NCBI GenBank assembly: GCA_036444275.1
Contig: JAZGAD010000047.1
Span: 10,424-74,423 of the forward strand
Source of the DNA: Candidatus Hydrothermarchaeales archaeon
Lineage (GTDB): Archaea; Hydrothermarchaeota; Hydrothermarchaeia; Hydrothermarchaeales; JAZGAD01
Length of the DNA stretch: 64,000 nt
Reading direction: 5' to 3'
Below are positions 28,388-38,664 of this stretch, piece by piece. The notes beneath the pieces are model-generated. The model did not search any database and had not been told where the DNA came from. It saw nothing but the letters and a program-made list of their open reading frames with translations. How positions within the stretch are numbered: the stretch's first letter is position 1; every line of letters starts with the position of its first letter. The translations under genes were made by a program, and so were the position numbers.

Positions 28388-30928
28388 ATGATTGTGAGGT
28401 CCAAAAGTCGATATGAAATACCGAAAATGGAGAAAATGGATTGGATGAACAAAGAACAACAAAAAGCGGCGCTCATTTTGGTAGTGGCATTTATTGGTAG
28501 TGCACTTACAGTAAACGGAACGCTTACAGCGGCGGAAGAAAAATATAGTACGATATTAAGCGCTGTGAGAACAAACGAAACGATAATCATAGATGGGCAG
28601 TTAAAGGAGTCTTCATGGAATGAGACAAAGACACTGATCATCCCAGTGGTGGATGGAAAGGTCGGGGATGTAGATGTGGAGATGAAGGCATTATACGATA
28701 CTGACTATATCTACATGTACATCGTATGGCCTGATCCGACCCAAAGCGATGCTTTATTCTGGGGATATAATGGCACTGCTTGGAACCCCCCAAATAAAAA
28801 TACAGAGGATATTTTCACGATCTTCTGGAATATAAGGGACTCGGTTGAGGGATATGATATAGCTGGATGCGCCATTACTTGCCACGCAAATAGGATGCAT
28901 ACCAATACCCCCGAAGAAAGACTCGATTACTGGAAATGGAAGGCAGAGAAAGGCAACCCCTCCGGCTATATGTGGGATGGATTCCTAGACGATATCGTGG
29001 TTATCGGGGAGAAGATATATCCCGGTTTTTCTAGGACCTTTATGATCGAGAAGGCATGGCATTCACACAAGCTAGATGAAACATCGGGTGACTATGTGGA
29101 GGAGAGAAAGAACGCGATTATCGATGAGAGAGGCAATTTCATTGGGCCGAGATATTATGAACCTGACGCAAGGGGCGAAGATGCGAAACACATCACGATG
29201 GAGGAGATCCTTAGGGACGAGGCCGTGGAATTTTTGAATTTAACAAAACTGAACGATGGAAGAGAGATCTCGATCGGCTTCAAAGTGCCTGTATACATCT
29301 CCGAAAAACCGACAGGAAGTGCTAGAGATATAAGCGCCAAAGGGGTTTATTATGACGGGAAGTGGCATCTGGAATTCAAGAGAAAATTGCAGACCGGGCA
29401 CGACGACGATGTCCTGTTCGATATCGCGAAGACCTATCGTTTCAGCATAGCTGTGAATGACGATTCTCACGGATCCGCCAACGAGGGTTATGGCCAAGGA
29501 CACAGCATAAGCATGCTGGCGCGAACCCTAGAATTTGGCGGGATTGGTTCTGAAGAGATAACCCAACTGGCACTAATCCGCGATTATCTTCAGACCGCCA
29601 AGGCATATACCGGGCGCGGGGAATCGGGAATGGCGCTTTCAGAGGTCGATCATGCGTTGGCGATTTTCAATGCGATCAGGGGAGCAGTCGCCGACGAAGA
29701 CCCAGAACTCTACATGGACATTAGAAAGAGATTTGTAGAGGCCAAGAGGAATCCCTCGATCGATAACCTTGATGTCGTGCTTCAAGGCATCGAGGTTGCT
29801 ACATTAACTTTGCAGGGAAAGAGAGAGCCGCCAGAAGCGCCGTGGAATGTAAAGCTCCTAGTTCTCTGGGGGAGCGTACAACTTTACGTCTTTGTCTTTA
29901 TATCGATATTTGTTCTCTATCCCCTCTACAAAACGATACAAACAACTAGAATACCGGAAATGCGCTATTTCGGCATCTTCCTATTTATAGTCATCCTCCC
30001 CCTATTTCTTGAAGGCGTTGGGAGGTTTGGGGTCCTTTTCAAGATCAGATTTTTGCAGAACTTCAGTTTCACAACAAATGAATACATAACCTTGCTCTGG
30101 GCGATAGGCATGTTCATAGCCTTGCTCATAGCCAAAGTTGGATTCACCGAAATAGATGAGACCATTCGCTCATTAAAATATTACAGCGCTGAAGTCGAAA
30201 CTAAGATGGAGGAGTTGAGAAAATCGCAAGAGCAACTGGTCAAGTCAGAGAGGATGGCTTCCATAGGGCAACTGGCAGCGAGTGTTGGCCACGAGTTGAG
30301 AAATCCTCTTGGAGTGATCAAGAACGTGAGCTACTATCTCAGCATGGCCCTAGCCGAGAAAGATGAAAAGGTGAAGAAGCACTTAAATATCCTAGAAAGG
30401 GAACTAGATACCTCCAACAAAATCATCACCGACTTATTGGACTTTTCACGGGGGGAGATAGAACCCACTTTTGGGGAAGCCAACATCAATGCGATCCTTA
30501 AGGATACATTGGCCAGGGCATCGGTACCTGACAATGTCAAAGTGGAAACTTATCTGGCCGATTTACCCTCAATGAGAGTAGATGGAGAGCAATTACAGCG
30601 GGTGTTCTTGAATATGATTTCAAACGCTGTTCATGCGATGCCCGATGGTGGTAAATTGATTATCAGAACCAAAAGTAAGGGCAACTCCGTAGAGATAGAG
30701 TTCGAGGACACCGGCAAAGGGATTTCGAAAGAGGATATAAAGAAGATCTTCGAACCGCTCTTTACCACTAAGGCAAAAGGGATTGGGTTGGGGTTAGCGA
30801 TCTGTAAACAAATCATCGATGGGCATGGGGGCACCATCGATGCGGTGAGCGCTGTAGACCAGGGGGCAACTTTTATCATCAAACTACCCGTGATGGAAGT
30901 AGAGGAAGATGAAGAAAAGGAAAACTAG
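28388..30928 (+). CDS. Membrane sensor histidine kinase with extracellular EB_dh/DOMON-like heme-binding domain (true start may be a downstream Met)
   Basis: Signal/TM; IDG...W, KALYD..YIY...WPD, GCAITCH, DYWKWK, WHLEFKRKL; 3 TMs; GHELRNPL; HATPase. Confidence 0.85.
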   Translation: MIVRSKSRYEIPKMEKMDWMNKEQQKAALILVVAFIGSALTVNGTLTAAEEKYSTILSAVRTNETIIIDGQLKESSWNETKTLIIPVVDGKVGDVDVEMKALYDTDYIYMYIVWPDPTQSDALFWGYNGTAWNPPNKNTEDIFTIFWNIRDSVEGYDIAGCAITCHANRMHTNTPEERLDYWKWKAEKGNPSGYMWDGFLDDIVVIGEKIYPGFSRTFMIEKAWHSHKLDETSGDYVEERKNAIIDERGNFIGPRYYEPDARGEDAKHITMEEILRDEAVEFLNLTKLNDGREISIGFKVPVYISEKPTGSARDISAKGVYYDGKWHLEFKRKLQTGHDDDVLFDIAKTYRFSIAVNDDSHGSANEGYGQGHSISMLARTLEFGGIGSEEITQLALIRDYLQTAKAYTGRGESGMALSEVDHALAIFNAIRGAVADEDPELYMDIRKRFVEAKRNPSIDNLDVVLQGIEVATLTLQGKREPPEAPWNVKLLVLWGSVQLYVFVFISIFVLYPLYKTIQTTRIPEMRYFGIFLFIVILPLFLEGVGRFGVLFKIRFLQNFSFTTNEYITLLWAIGMFIALLIAKVGFTEIDETIRSLKYYSAEVETKMEELRKSQEQLVKSERMASIGQLAASVGHELRNPLGVIKNVSYYLSMALAEKDEKVKKHLNILERELDTSNKIITDLLDFSRGEIEPTFGEANINAILKDTLARASVPDNVKVETYLADLPSMRVDGEQLQRVFLNMISNAVHAMPDGGKLIIRTKSKGNSVEIEFEDTGKGISKEDIKKIFEPLFTTKAKGIGLGLAICKQIIDGHGGTIDAVSAVDQGATFIIKLPVMEVEEDEEKEN

Positions 30929-31283
30929 CATTTTGGTAGTAGATGACGATATAGGCACGTGTGAAACCTTGGCCGATATTCTGACTGCGAAAGGATATAA
31001 TGTAACTACTGCAGAGAGCGGAATTGAAGCGGTTGAGAAACTCAAGGGGGAGCTCTTCAAAGTTATCCTCATGGATATAAAGATGATGGGAATAAACGGC
31101 ATAGAGACAATTAGGGAGATCAAGAAGATAGTATATCCTGAGGTGGCGATAATTATGATGACGGCCTACGTCGCCGAGGCCCTCGTAACAGAAGCTTTGA
31201 GGGAAGGGGCATATGCCGTTGTCTACAAACCTTTGGATATTGAGAGGATAATAAAGCTCATTGAAAGTGCAACAGTTAAGTAG
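30909..31283 (+). CDS. Stand-alone response regulator (REC only)
   Basis: VVDDD, LMDIKM, MTAY, KP. Confidence 0.93.
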   Translation: MKKRKTSILVVDDDIGTCETLADILTAKGYNVTTAESGIEAVEKLKGELFKVILMDIKMMGINGIETIREIKKIVYPEVAIIMMTAYVAEALVTEALREGAYAVVYKPLDIERIIKLIESATVK

Positions 31284-31342
31284 GATACAAATGGCCGTTA
31301 CATTATGTAAATGTGAGATATTTAGGGAGAAGATGACTCGGA

Positions 31343-32980
31343 ATGTCCGAAGAAAGCAGCATCTTGATAATTGACGATGATAAAGGGATGCGCGAGACCC
31401 TTACAGACATACTCCAGGTGAAGGGCTACAAGACGGAGAGCGCAAAGGACGGAGAAGCGGCCTTGGATAAGCTGAAGGAGAAGTCCTTCAATGTAGCGCT
31501 CGTCGACATAAAGCTCCCGGATATTTCAGGCACAGAGGTATTGAAAAAACTCAAAGAGATTCAGCCGGATACGATAGTGATCATGATCACTGCTTTCGCT
31601 TCTCTCAATACTTCGATTAAGGCTTTGAAAGAGGGGGCATATGGCTATATCATGAAACCCTTGAATATGGATGAATTATTCGCTACCATCGGAGAAGGTC
31701 TCGAGAAACAGCGGTTGCAAAAAGAATTAAAAAAGTACTCTGAGCAACTGGAAGAGATGGTGAAAGCTAGGACTGAGGAATTACAGAATGCCTATGAAGA
31801 ACTCAAAGGCCTCGCCATCGAGAGAGCCCGTAATATCGAAGTAATACAAGAGCAATCGAGGGAACTCAAGGAAGCTAAGGACTTCTTGGATAACGTGATA
31901 GACAGTAGCGCTGACGCGATAATCACTACTGGGTTGGACGGTACGATAACCTCTTTTAGCAGGGGTGCTGAGGAGCTCTATAAATACAAGGCTAAAGAGG
32001 TTATAGGCAAGCCGGCCCTCTCCCTTTACCCAAAGGAGCTTCGAGAAGAGAGGAGGGCTGGGTTGGATACGCTTCTTAAGGGCGAGACTATACGGAATAT
32101 GAGAACCAGGATATACAATGCCGATGGAGAGCTTGTAGATATAAGTCTCTCTCTTTCCCGGCTCAGAGATATCTCCGGAAAGGCTATTGGTACTGTCGGA
32201 GTCTCAAAGGATATATCCAAGGAGATAGAGGGAGAAAAACGTCTGACGGAGGCATATGAGAGGCTTGTCGAATTGGATAAGATGAAGGACGAGTTCCTAT
32301 CCAATATTTCACATGAGCTACGCACACCTATAACCTCGATTGTGACCTCCCTAGAGTTATTAGAGGAAGAAAGTCTACCGGGGGAGAGGGAGAAACTTCT
32401 GGAGGTATCTAAGAGGAATGTTTGGAGGCTGGATAATCTCGTCGGCAACCTACTGGAGTTCAGCCGCTTAGGAACGCAGAAGCTGCAAATGCAACCATTG
32501 AACGCAAGTGTGCTGGTTCGTGAGCTTATAGCTGAAATGGAGAACTTTGCGGCAAGCAATGAAGTGGAGGTTAAGTCCTTTCTAAAGGAAGAAACCATGA
32601 TCATGGCTGATAAAAAGTTCGTAGGGCCTATATTCGGGAATCTCATTGGCAATGCCATAAAATTCAATAAGCGGGGGGGCAAGGTTAGGGTATCGGCGGA
32701 GGAAGAGAATTCGTGGATAAAGTTTTGCGTAGAAGATACCGGTGTAGGAATCCCCAAAGAAGGCTTGGACAAGGTATTCGATAGATTCTACCAGATCGAT
32801 GCAAGCATCAGACGCAGGTACCCAGGCACAGGCTTAGGGCTGACCATAGCCAAGGAGATGGTGGAGCGCCAGGGAGGCATGATATGGGCTGAAAGCGAAT
32901 TGGGAAAGGGTAGCAGGTTCTATTTCACTCTGCCCTCGGAACCTAGAACTAGAACCAGAAAAAAGATAAACGAGAAATGA
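31343..32980 (+). CDS. Hybrid histidine kinase REC-coiled coil-PAS-HisKA-HATPase (paralog of 22696-24147)
   Basis: SHELRTPIT; shared FYQIDASIRRRYPG. Confidence 0.93.
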   Translation: MSEESSILIIDDDKGMRETLTDILQVKGYKTESAKDGEAALDKLKEKSFNVALVDIKLPDISGTEVLKKLKEIQPDTIVIMITAFASLNTSIKALKEGAYGYIMKPLNMDELFATIGEGLEKQRLQKELKKYSEQLEEMVKARTEELQNAYEELKGLAIERARNIEVIQEQSRELKEAKDFLDNVIDSSADAIITTGLDGTITSFSRGAEELYKYKAKEVIGKPALSLYPKELREERRAGLDTLLKGETIRNMRTRIYNADGELVDISLSLSRLRDISGKAIGTVGVSKDISKEIEGEKRLTEAYERLVELDKMKDEFLSNISHELRTPITSIVTSLELLEEESLPGEREKLLEVSKRNVWRLDNLVGNLLEFSRLGTQKLQMQPLNASVLVRELIAEMENFAASNEVEVKSFLKEETMIMADKKFVGPIFGNLIGNAIKFNKRGGKVRVSAEEENSWIKFCVEDTGVGIPKEGLDKVFDRFYQIDASIRRRYPGTGLGLTIAKEMVERQGGMIWAESELGKGSRFYFTLPSEPRTRTRKKINEK

Positions 32981-33009
32981 CAACAAGGTATTGGAAGGGC
33001 TGTTAAGGA

Positions 33010-35460
33010 ATGCAAAGGAGAGCGAGGGACTTTTATCAATTAAGCTTGTTTAGTAGGGCTAAACGTAAGGATACGGCTATTTACATACCTAAAATTATAC
33101 TTATAGTGATAATACTCGCTAGTTTTGCAGTTGTAGCAGGAGAGGTAGTGGAAAGACAGAGCACCATTTTGACAGCTGAGAGGGTCACTGAGCCGGTCGA
33201 GGTAGATGGGCTAGCTACTGAGAGTGCTTGGGATAGCGCGAGGCCGCTGGTGGTCACGGTCCAAGATGGTAGTATAGGGAGGATAGACGTATACCTCAAG
33301 GCATTATACGATTCTGACTACATCTACATCTATGCCACGTGGCCTGATCCAACTGAGAGTGTTAGTAAGCGTATGTGGGGCTTCAATGGCATAAACTGGT
33401 CTTTTTCTGACGACGAAGACAGATTTTCGGTCTTCTGGAATATAGACGATTCCGTCAAGGGCTTCAATGTCGGTGGTTGTGCGATGCTCTGTCACGGTGA
33501 TAGGATGCATGCTAATGCAGAGGGTGAGAAGGCTGACTCTTGGCACTGGAAGAGCAGTAGAACCAATCCAGTTGGTTATGCAGACGACAAATACGTAGAC
33601 TCCCACGTTGTGCCTTACGAGGGTGGAGAGAAAATGGTAGGTCGCCATGGAGACCAAGCAGTCAGCGGGGGTTACATGCGTAACATCAATGACGAGGGCA
33701 CTAAGCCACTCTACTATGAGCCCTTGCCTGAGGATGAGTTGGATGCCTTGTTCCTATTGGAGGAGGAAGTCGAGGATGGTGAGGCAGTATTGTTGGATGA
33801 GGCGGAGCTTAAGTCGGGTATAGTTGTACCTGGTTATATCCTTAGTAAGCCAAGTGGCAGCAGAGGCGACATCGATTCTAAAGGTGTATGGCAAAACGAG
33901 AGGTGGGCTGTGGAGTTTCGTAGGAAGCTTGTGACTGGGCACGATGATGATGTCCAGTTTGATACTAGTAGGACGTATCGTTTTGGTATAGCTGTGATGG
34001 ACAATACGGGTGGCTTTGAGGGCTTCGGAAAGGGTCATAGCTTTGACTTGGGTGCCAGGACGCTTGAGTTCGGCGGCATTGGGAGCGAAGAGGTGACTCA
34101 GTTGGTCTTGATACGGGACTACCTAGTTACTGCCAAAGCACATGTTAGAGATGGAAAACCAGGATTGGCACTTTCAGAAGCCAACGATGGTCTCACATTG
34201 TACAACGAGATCCGCGACGAGGTTGCAGACGTGGATCCAGAGCTCTACATAACTATAAAAAATGCATTCGTGGATTCTGTGAGGAATCCCACACTAAGCA
34301 ATATAGACATCCTGATAAGAAACATCGACGATGTTGTGCTAACTTTCCAGGGAAAGAGGCAACCAGCTGAACCGACGTGGAATCTAAAGCTCCTCATCGC
34401 ATGGGGGCGGATACAGCTCTATGTGTTCGTCGTGCTCTCAATACTTGTAACATACCCCATCTATAAGACAGTAAAGACGAGCGCGAGACCAGAATTACGC
34501 CATCTGAGTCTCTTCTTGCTGATAGTAATGGCTCCGATATTCCTCGAGGGAGTGGGCCGCTTTGGTGTTCTTGCTAAGATTCATTTTCTGCAGAAGTTCA
34601 GTTTCACGACAAATGAATATATAACAATGATATGGGCGATAGGCATGTTCATAGCTTTGTATGTCGCTAAGATAGGATTCAACGAAGTAGATGATACCAT
34701 CAAGTCGCTGGGTTACTACAGCACTGAACTCGAGACCAAGATGGAGGAGCTGAGGAAATCACAGGCAAAACTTTTAGGAGCAGAGAAATTGGCTTCTATA
34801 GGGCAGCTGACTGCAAGCATCGGGCATGAGCTGCGTAATCCGTTGGGCGTGATTAAGAACATAAGCTACTATCTCGACATGAAATTAGGCGATAGGGATG
34901 AAAAAATTAAGAAACATCTGCGGCTCTTGGATGAGGAGCTTGTCAGGTCAAATGAGATAATAAGCGATCTTTTGGACTTCTCTAGGGGTATAGAGCCGAC
35001 TCTTCACGATGTTGACATCAATCCAGTCGTGGGGGAAGCCCTATTGAGAGCCACGATACCAGGTAACATCGAAGTGAGCACAAATTTTGAGGATGCATCA
35101 CCTAAGGTCTCCGTGGATAGCGAGCATATAGTGAGGGTATTTATGAATATAATCTCGAATGCAGTTCAGGCGATGCCAGAAGGTGGGAGTTTAAGGATAA
35201 GAACAGTGAAAAAGGATGATTTCATAGGAATAGAGATCACGGACACAGGCGTTGGAATCCCGAAAGAAGATGTAGGGAAAGTCTTTGAACCTTTATTTAG
35301 TACGAAGGCGAAGGGGATAGGCCTGGGCCTAGCCATTAGTAGGCAGATCATAGAGAGACATGGCGGTAGCATTGAAGTAGAGAGCGTCCTAGATAGTGGG
35401 ACTACATTTATTGTAAAACTCCCGATAAAAAGGAGTCAGGGCGATGAAGGGGAAGACTAG
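33010..35460 (+). CDS. Second EB_dh/DOMON-like heme-domain sensor kinase (paralog of 28388-30928)
   Basis: GCAMLCH, DSWHWK, WAVEFRRKL, ARTLEFGGIGSEE, GHELRNPL. Confidence 0.85.
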   Translation: MQRRARDFYQLSLFSRAKRKDTAIYIPKIILIVIILASFAVVAGEVVERQSTILTAERVTEPVEVDGLATESAWDSARPLVVTVQDGSIGRIDVYLKALYDSDYIYIYATWPDPTESVSKRMWGFNGINWSFSDDEDRFSVFWNIDDSVKGFNVGGCAMLCHGDRMHANAEGEKADSWHWKSSRTNPVGYADDKYVDSHVVPYEGGEKMVGRHGDQAVSGGYMRNINDEGTKPLYYEPLPEDELDALFLLEEEVEDGEAVLLDEAELKSGIVVPGYILSKPSGSRGDIDSKGVWQNERWAVEFRRKLVTGHDDDVQFDTSRTYRFGIAVMDNTGGFEGFGKGHSFDLGARTLEFGGIGSEEVTQLVLIRDYLVTAKAHVRDGKPGLALSEANDGLTLYNEIRDEVADVDPELYITIKNAFVDSVRNPTLSNIDILIRNIDDVVLTFQGKRQPAEPTWNLKLLIAWGRIQLYVFVVLSILVTYPIYKTVKTSARPELRHLSLFLLIVMAPIFLEGVGRFGVLAKIHFLQKFSFTTNEYITMIWAIGMFIALYVAKIGFNEVDDTIKSLGYYSTELETKMEELRKSQAKLLGAEKLASIGQLTASIGHELRNPLGVIKNISYYLDMKLGDRDEKIKKHLRLLDEELVRSNEIISDLLDFSRGIEPTLHDVDINPVVGEALLRATIPGNIEVSTNFEDASPKVSVDSEHIVRVFMNIISNAVQAMPEGGSLRIRTVKKDDFIGIEITDTGVGIPKEDVGKVFEPLFSTKAKGIGLGLAISRQIIERHGGSIEVESVLDSGTTFIVKLPIKRSQGDEGED

Positions 35461-35809
35461 AGTATTGGTAGTGGACGACGACGCTGGAACCTGCGAAACC
35501 TTATCAGACATCCTCTTGGAAACTACCTGTCAAGTTACTATGGCACGCGATGGATTTGAGGCCATAGAGAAGATGAAGGGGGAAAGCTTCGATGTTGTTC
35601 TTATGGATATAAAGATGCCAGGCATAAACGGGGTGGAGACTTACAAAGAGATGAAGAAGATAAATCCAGAGGCGAAAGTGGTTATGATGACAGCCTACGT
35701 TGGGGACGATCTAGTGGCAGAGGCCCTGAAGGAGGGGGCATCTACTGTGCTCTATAAGCCTTTGGATATAGGTAAGATGATAGACATCATAAAGGGAAAA
35801 TCCACATAA
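35444..35809 (+). CDS. Stand-alone response regulator (REC only)
   Basis: VVDDD, LMDIKMPG, MTAY, KP. Confidence 0.93.
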   Translation: MKGKTRVLVVDDDAGTCETLSDILLETTCQVTMARDGFEAIEKMKGESFDVVLMDIKMPGINGVETYKEMKKINPEAKVVMMTAYVGDDLVAEALKEGASTVLYKPLDIGKMIDIIKGKST

Positions 35810-35893
35810 AAAGGAAGGAGAGGGTGTATAATTGGCACCAAATGATGGTAAGGTTTATATACGCACCAGTAACTGCGATAAAACGGTGCCGAA

Positions 35894-36031
35894 ATGAAGG
35901 TGCAAATAGACTGCAAGTTTGTGGAGATCGTGAAAAAAGAGGACTATGGCTATCTGAATTGCAATCTCCGGAGGTCTACGACCTTCAGCTGTCCCACCTG
36001 TTTGGAAGGTTTGATGGTCAGCAAGCGATAA
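35894..36031 (+). CDS. 45-aa Cys-containing small protein (not in ORF track)
   Basis: MKVQIDCKFVEIVKKEDYGYLNCNLRRSTTFSCPTCLEGLMVSKR; upstream TTTATATA box and GGTG. Confidence 0.55.
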   Translation: MKVQIDCKFVEIVKKEDYGYLNCNLRRSTTFSCPTCLEGLMVSKR

Positions 36032-36104
36032 ACAAATTAAAGCTCCAGAAAAATAGAGCGATCCAAGCCGGAGTCCGTTAGACGAGAGAAGTCCTGTAGC
36101 AATT

Positions 36105-37013
36105 CTAATGTTTCAGTTCGCTCGTATGGAACTTCTTTAATAGGTTCTTTATCTTATTAGCGTATGGATAAACCAAGGGGTGCATCAAGAGCTTCCTAGT
36201 TGGACCGTGCTCTAGTAGTAGTGTCCCCAGCTTCTCTATGTTTCCTCTCACGGGTACCTCTAAGTCCAAATTCAGCTCGAAATTTGAGACAAGCTCGTCT
36301 GTTGCTCCATATTTCTCAGAGGCTAAGTGAATGTGCTTTATCCTCGATGGTTCCATGCCTATTATCTTGCAAACAGCTCTATCCAGAGATACGACATCCT
36401 TGGAAGCTAGGAGGAAGTCAGTCTTCCTCACCCTACCACTTATAGGTCCATATCCGTCCATAACGTAGCTTGCATCCAATATGTTTATACAGGGCTTGAG
36501 GAATCCCAGTAAATAGACTAATAAATCATCTATTACTGAGTGATACTTCGATTTATCTTTATCCTGCAACAGGCCGAATAGATTCTTTATACCGAAGGTT
36601 ACACCTGTGAGGGAGTGGGTCTTCAGTACTGGGGCATTTATAATTTTTGAGTCCAGTGCTATCTTGGGGAGATTAAGGGTACCCCAAGGAGAATCGATGG
36701 CATGGGTCTCCTCGTCAGAGAGGTTCACGAGGTCGCAGTCTAGGTCGAAGTTTGCCTCTAACTGTTTGAAGTCCTTTCCGAACGAATGCGTCTCCCCTAT
36801 GAATACATCCTGCGTCCTCTCCTTGAGGATCGCAATTATGTGTCCTAAAAGCTCCATATTAGTAGTGACTCCGTTCCTGAGCCTGTGTGTACAGAAGTTG
36901 GGCTTGATCATCACCCTGTCGCCGTTGCCTATTGTATCTCTCCAGGATAGCTGCTCTAGTAGCTCTCTAATATTAGACTCCAAATCATCTATTCTCTTCA
37001 GATATACTTCCAT
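36105..37013 (-). CDS. DUF362 domain protein
   Basis: VMIKPN, PVLKTH..TGVT.GIKNLFG, GYGP..G, D.VSLD. Confidence 0.88.
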   Translation of the reverse strand: MEVYLKRIDDLESNIRELLEQLSWRDTIGNGDRVMIKPNFCTHRLRNGVTTNMELLGHIIAILKERTQDVFIGETHSFGKDFKQLEANFDLDCDLVNLSDEETHAIDSPWGTLNLPKIALDSKIINAPVLKTHSLTGVTFGIKNLFGLLQDKDKSKYHSVIDDLLVYLLGFLKPCINILDASYVMDGYGPISGRVRKTDFLLASKDVVSLDRAVCKIIGMEPSRIKHIHLASEKYGATDELVSNFELNLDLEVPVRGNIEKLGTLLLEHGPTRKLLMHPLVYPYANKIKNLLKKFHTSELKH

Positions 37014-38254
37014 AACGTAGCCCTCAATATCAACGTAGACGTTATCCCAGCAAAGACGAAACTTATGCTAGTGGCGTAAGCAGCACCCAGGATTTGGTAT
37101 CTCGGTATTAACATAATATTGAGGAATATGTCGAAGACCGCTGCGAATGCAAGGATCCTCAGTGGTACAACCGGCTTTCCCAAGCCCTGAAAGATCCCGG
37201 AGTTCACCATAAAGATACCGAAGAAAGCGGCGCCCACAATGAGAACCTTGAAGGAAGCACTAGCCATGATATAGGCACTGCCAAATAATAGGGAAATTAT
37301 TGTACTGGAGAATAAGATAGAAAAAGCAACTACGGGCAGAAGTACTGCAAATGCCATCTTATAGGCATAGACTATGTATCTCTTTATTTCTCCCACTTTT
37401 TTCTTGGCCTTCAACTCAGATATAGAGGGGAGTAGAGTCGCATATATCGCGGTAGTGAATGCTAGGATGAGCCTGGATGTAGGTGAGGCTGCCGAATAGA
37501 TACCCACTTCTTCAGGCGTGAGATAGACTCCCAAAAGGAGTACATCAGCGTAGGCAAGAGTGAAGCCAGCTAGTGCAGTGGCTGATACTGGTAGAGAGAA
37601 GCGGAAGACCTCCTCAAAGTCGCGTATGCTACAGTTGGAGAATCTCTGACCTATTCTTTTGAAAAGGAGATAGGCTATGGGAACAGCGACTACAAAACCG
37701 AGTGTAGAGCCCCAGATGGCCCCGATGACGCTGAAGCCAGAGTAGACCAAGGCAAAAGCAAAGACTATCCTCAGCACTTGTTCCAACACGAGCGTCAGCC
37801 CCATATAGTCCATTCTCTTGTATCCTTGGAAGACCCCGGTATAAGCAGCAACTAGAAAGCCGAAGCCCAGTGCTATAGAGGATACCTTCAATGGCAGGAT
37901 AACATTGAGGTCATGGAAGACGTAAACACCTATAGGCGAGGCAAGAGCGTAGAAGAGGAAGCCTAGGAGAAAGCCCAGCAGGGTGAAGAAGACTAGTGAT
38001 GAAGAGATAATAGAATCTCTCCTTTTAAAATCTCCTTTTGCCTCTTGTTCTGCCACGAACTTTGCAACACTTGGTGCCACACCTGCAGAGGTTAGCACCA
38101 GAATCAAATATTGGAGGGGTAAAGCCAGGTTAAGCAGGCCGAATTCATAGGGCGTGAGCATACGCCCCATTAGGATACGGTAGATATGGCCAGCAACCCT
38201 GACAAGCAGATTGCTAGATGCCAGGATTATGCTCCCCTTCAATAGGTCCCTCAT
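36998..38254 (-). CDS. Flippase / polysaccharide export (MOP superfamily)
   Basis: About 12 TMs; L.P.EFG; VGIYSAA; GAAYAT. Confidence 0.88.
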   Translation of the reverse strand: MRDLLKGSIILASSNLLVRVAGHIYRILMGRMLTPYEFGLLNLALPLQYLILVLTSAGVAPSVAKFVAEQEAKGDFKRRDSIISSSLVFFTLLGFLLGFLFYALASPIGVYVFHDLNVILPLKVSSIALGFGFLVAAYTGVFQGYKRMDYMGLTLVLEQVLRIVFAFALVYSGFSVIGAIWGSTLGFVVAVPIAYLLFKRIGQRFSNCSIRDFEEVFRFSLPVSATALAGFTLAYADVLLLGVYLTPEEVGIYSAASPTSRLILAFTTAIYATLLPSISELKAKKKVGEIKRYIVYAYKMAFAVLLPVVAFSILFSSTIISLLFGSAYIMASASFKVLIVGAAFFGIFMVNSGIFQGLGKPVVPLRILAFAAVFDIFLNIMLIPRYQILGAAYATSISFVFAGITSTLILRATLWKYI

Positions 38255-38436
38255 TAACCAGGGTTATTGATTTAATTAATAAAAATCCTTCGAAGTCGTT
38301 ATAGTAGTTTAGCTAGACGGCATACTTGAGAATGGCAGAGAAGTCAGTGTAGACTAGAATAGCGTAGCCCGGTTGAAACCAACCGGAACCAGACCGACAG
38401 ATTTAAATATCTTCCACTTAAATTCCATCCGATACC

Positions 38437-38655
38437 ATGGCTCAGAGACCTCTCGACGTTCTGCATAGCTCCTTGGAATCCCCGGTCCTAGTGGGGTTGA
38501 AAGGGGGAAAAGAGTACAGAGGAATCCTCAAGGGATACGACATACACATGAACGTTGTAATCCAAGGTGCCGAGGAATTGAAGGACGGCTCTGCTGTAAG
38601 AAAGCTTGGCTTGGTAATAATTCGAGGAGACAGTGTAGTCTTCATCTCTCCGTGA
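38437..38655 (+). CDS. Sm-like (LSm/SmAP1) protein
   Basis: [10 protein letters not shown]; [12 protein letters not shown]; precedes L37e. Confidence 0.95.
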   Translation: MAQRPLDVLHSSLESPVLVGLKGGKEYRGILKGYDIHMNVVIQGAEELKDGSAVRKLGLVIIRGDSVVFISP

Positions 38656-38664
38656 GGCGCGAGT

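Noticed and set aside
35824-36081. 85-aa ORF from the track
   Set aside because: The overlapping 45-aa Cys ORF has better start signals; this one begins upstream of the TATA-like box.
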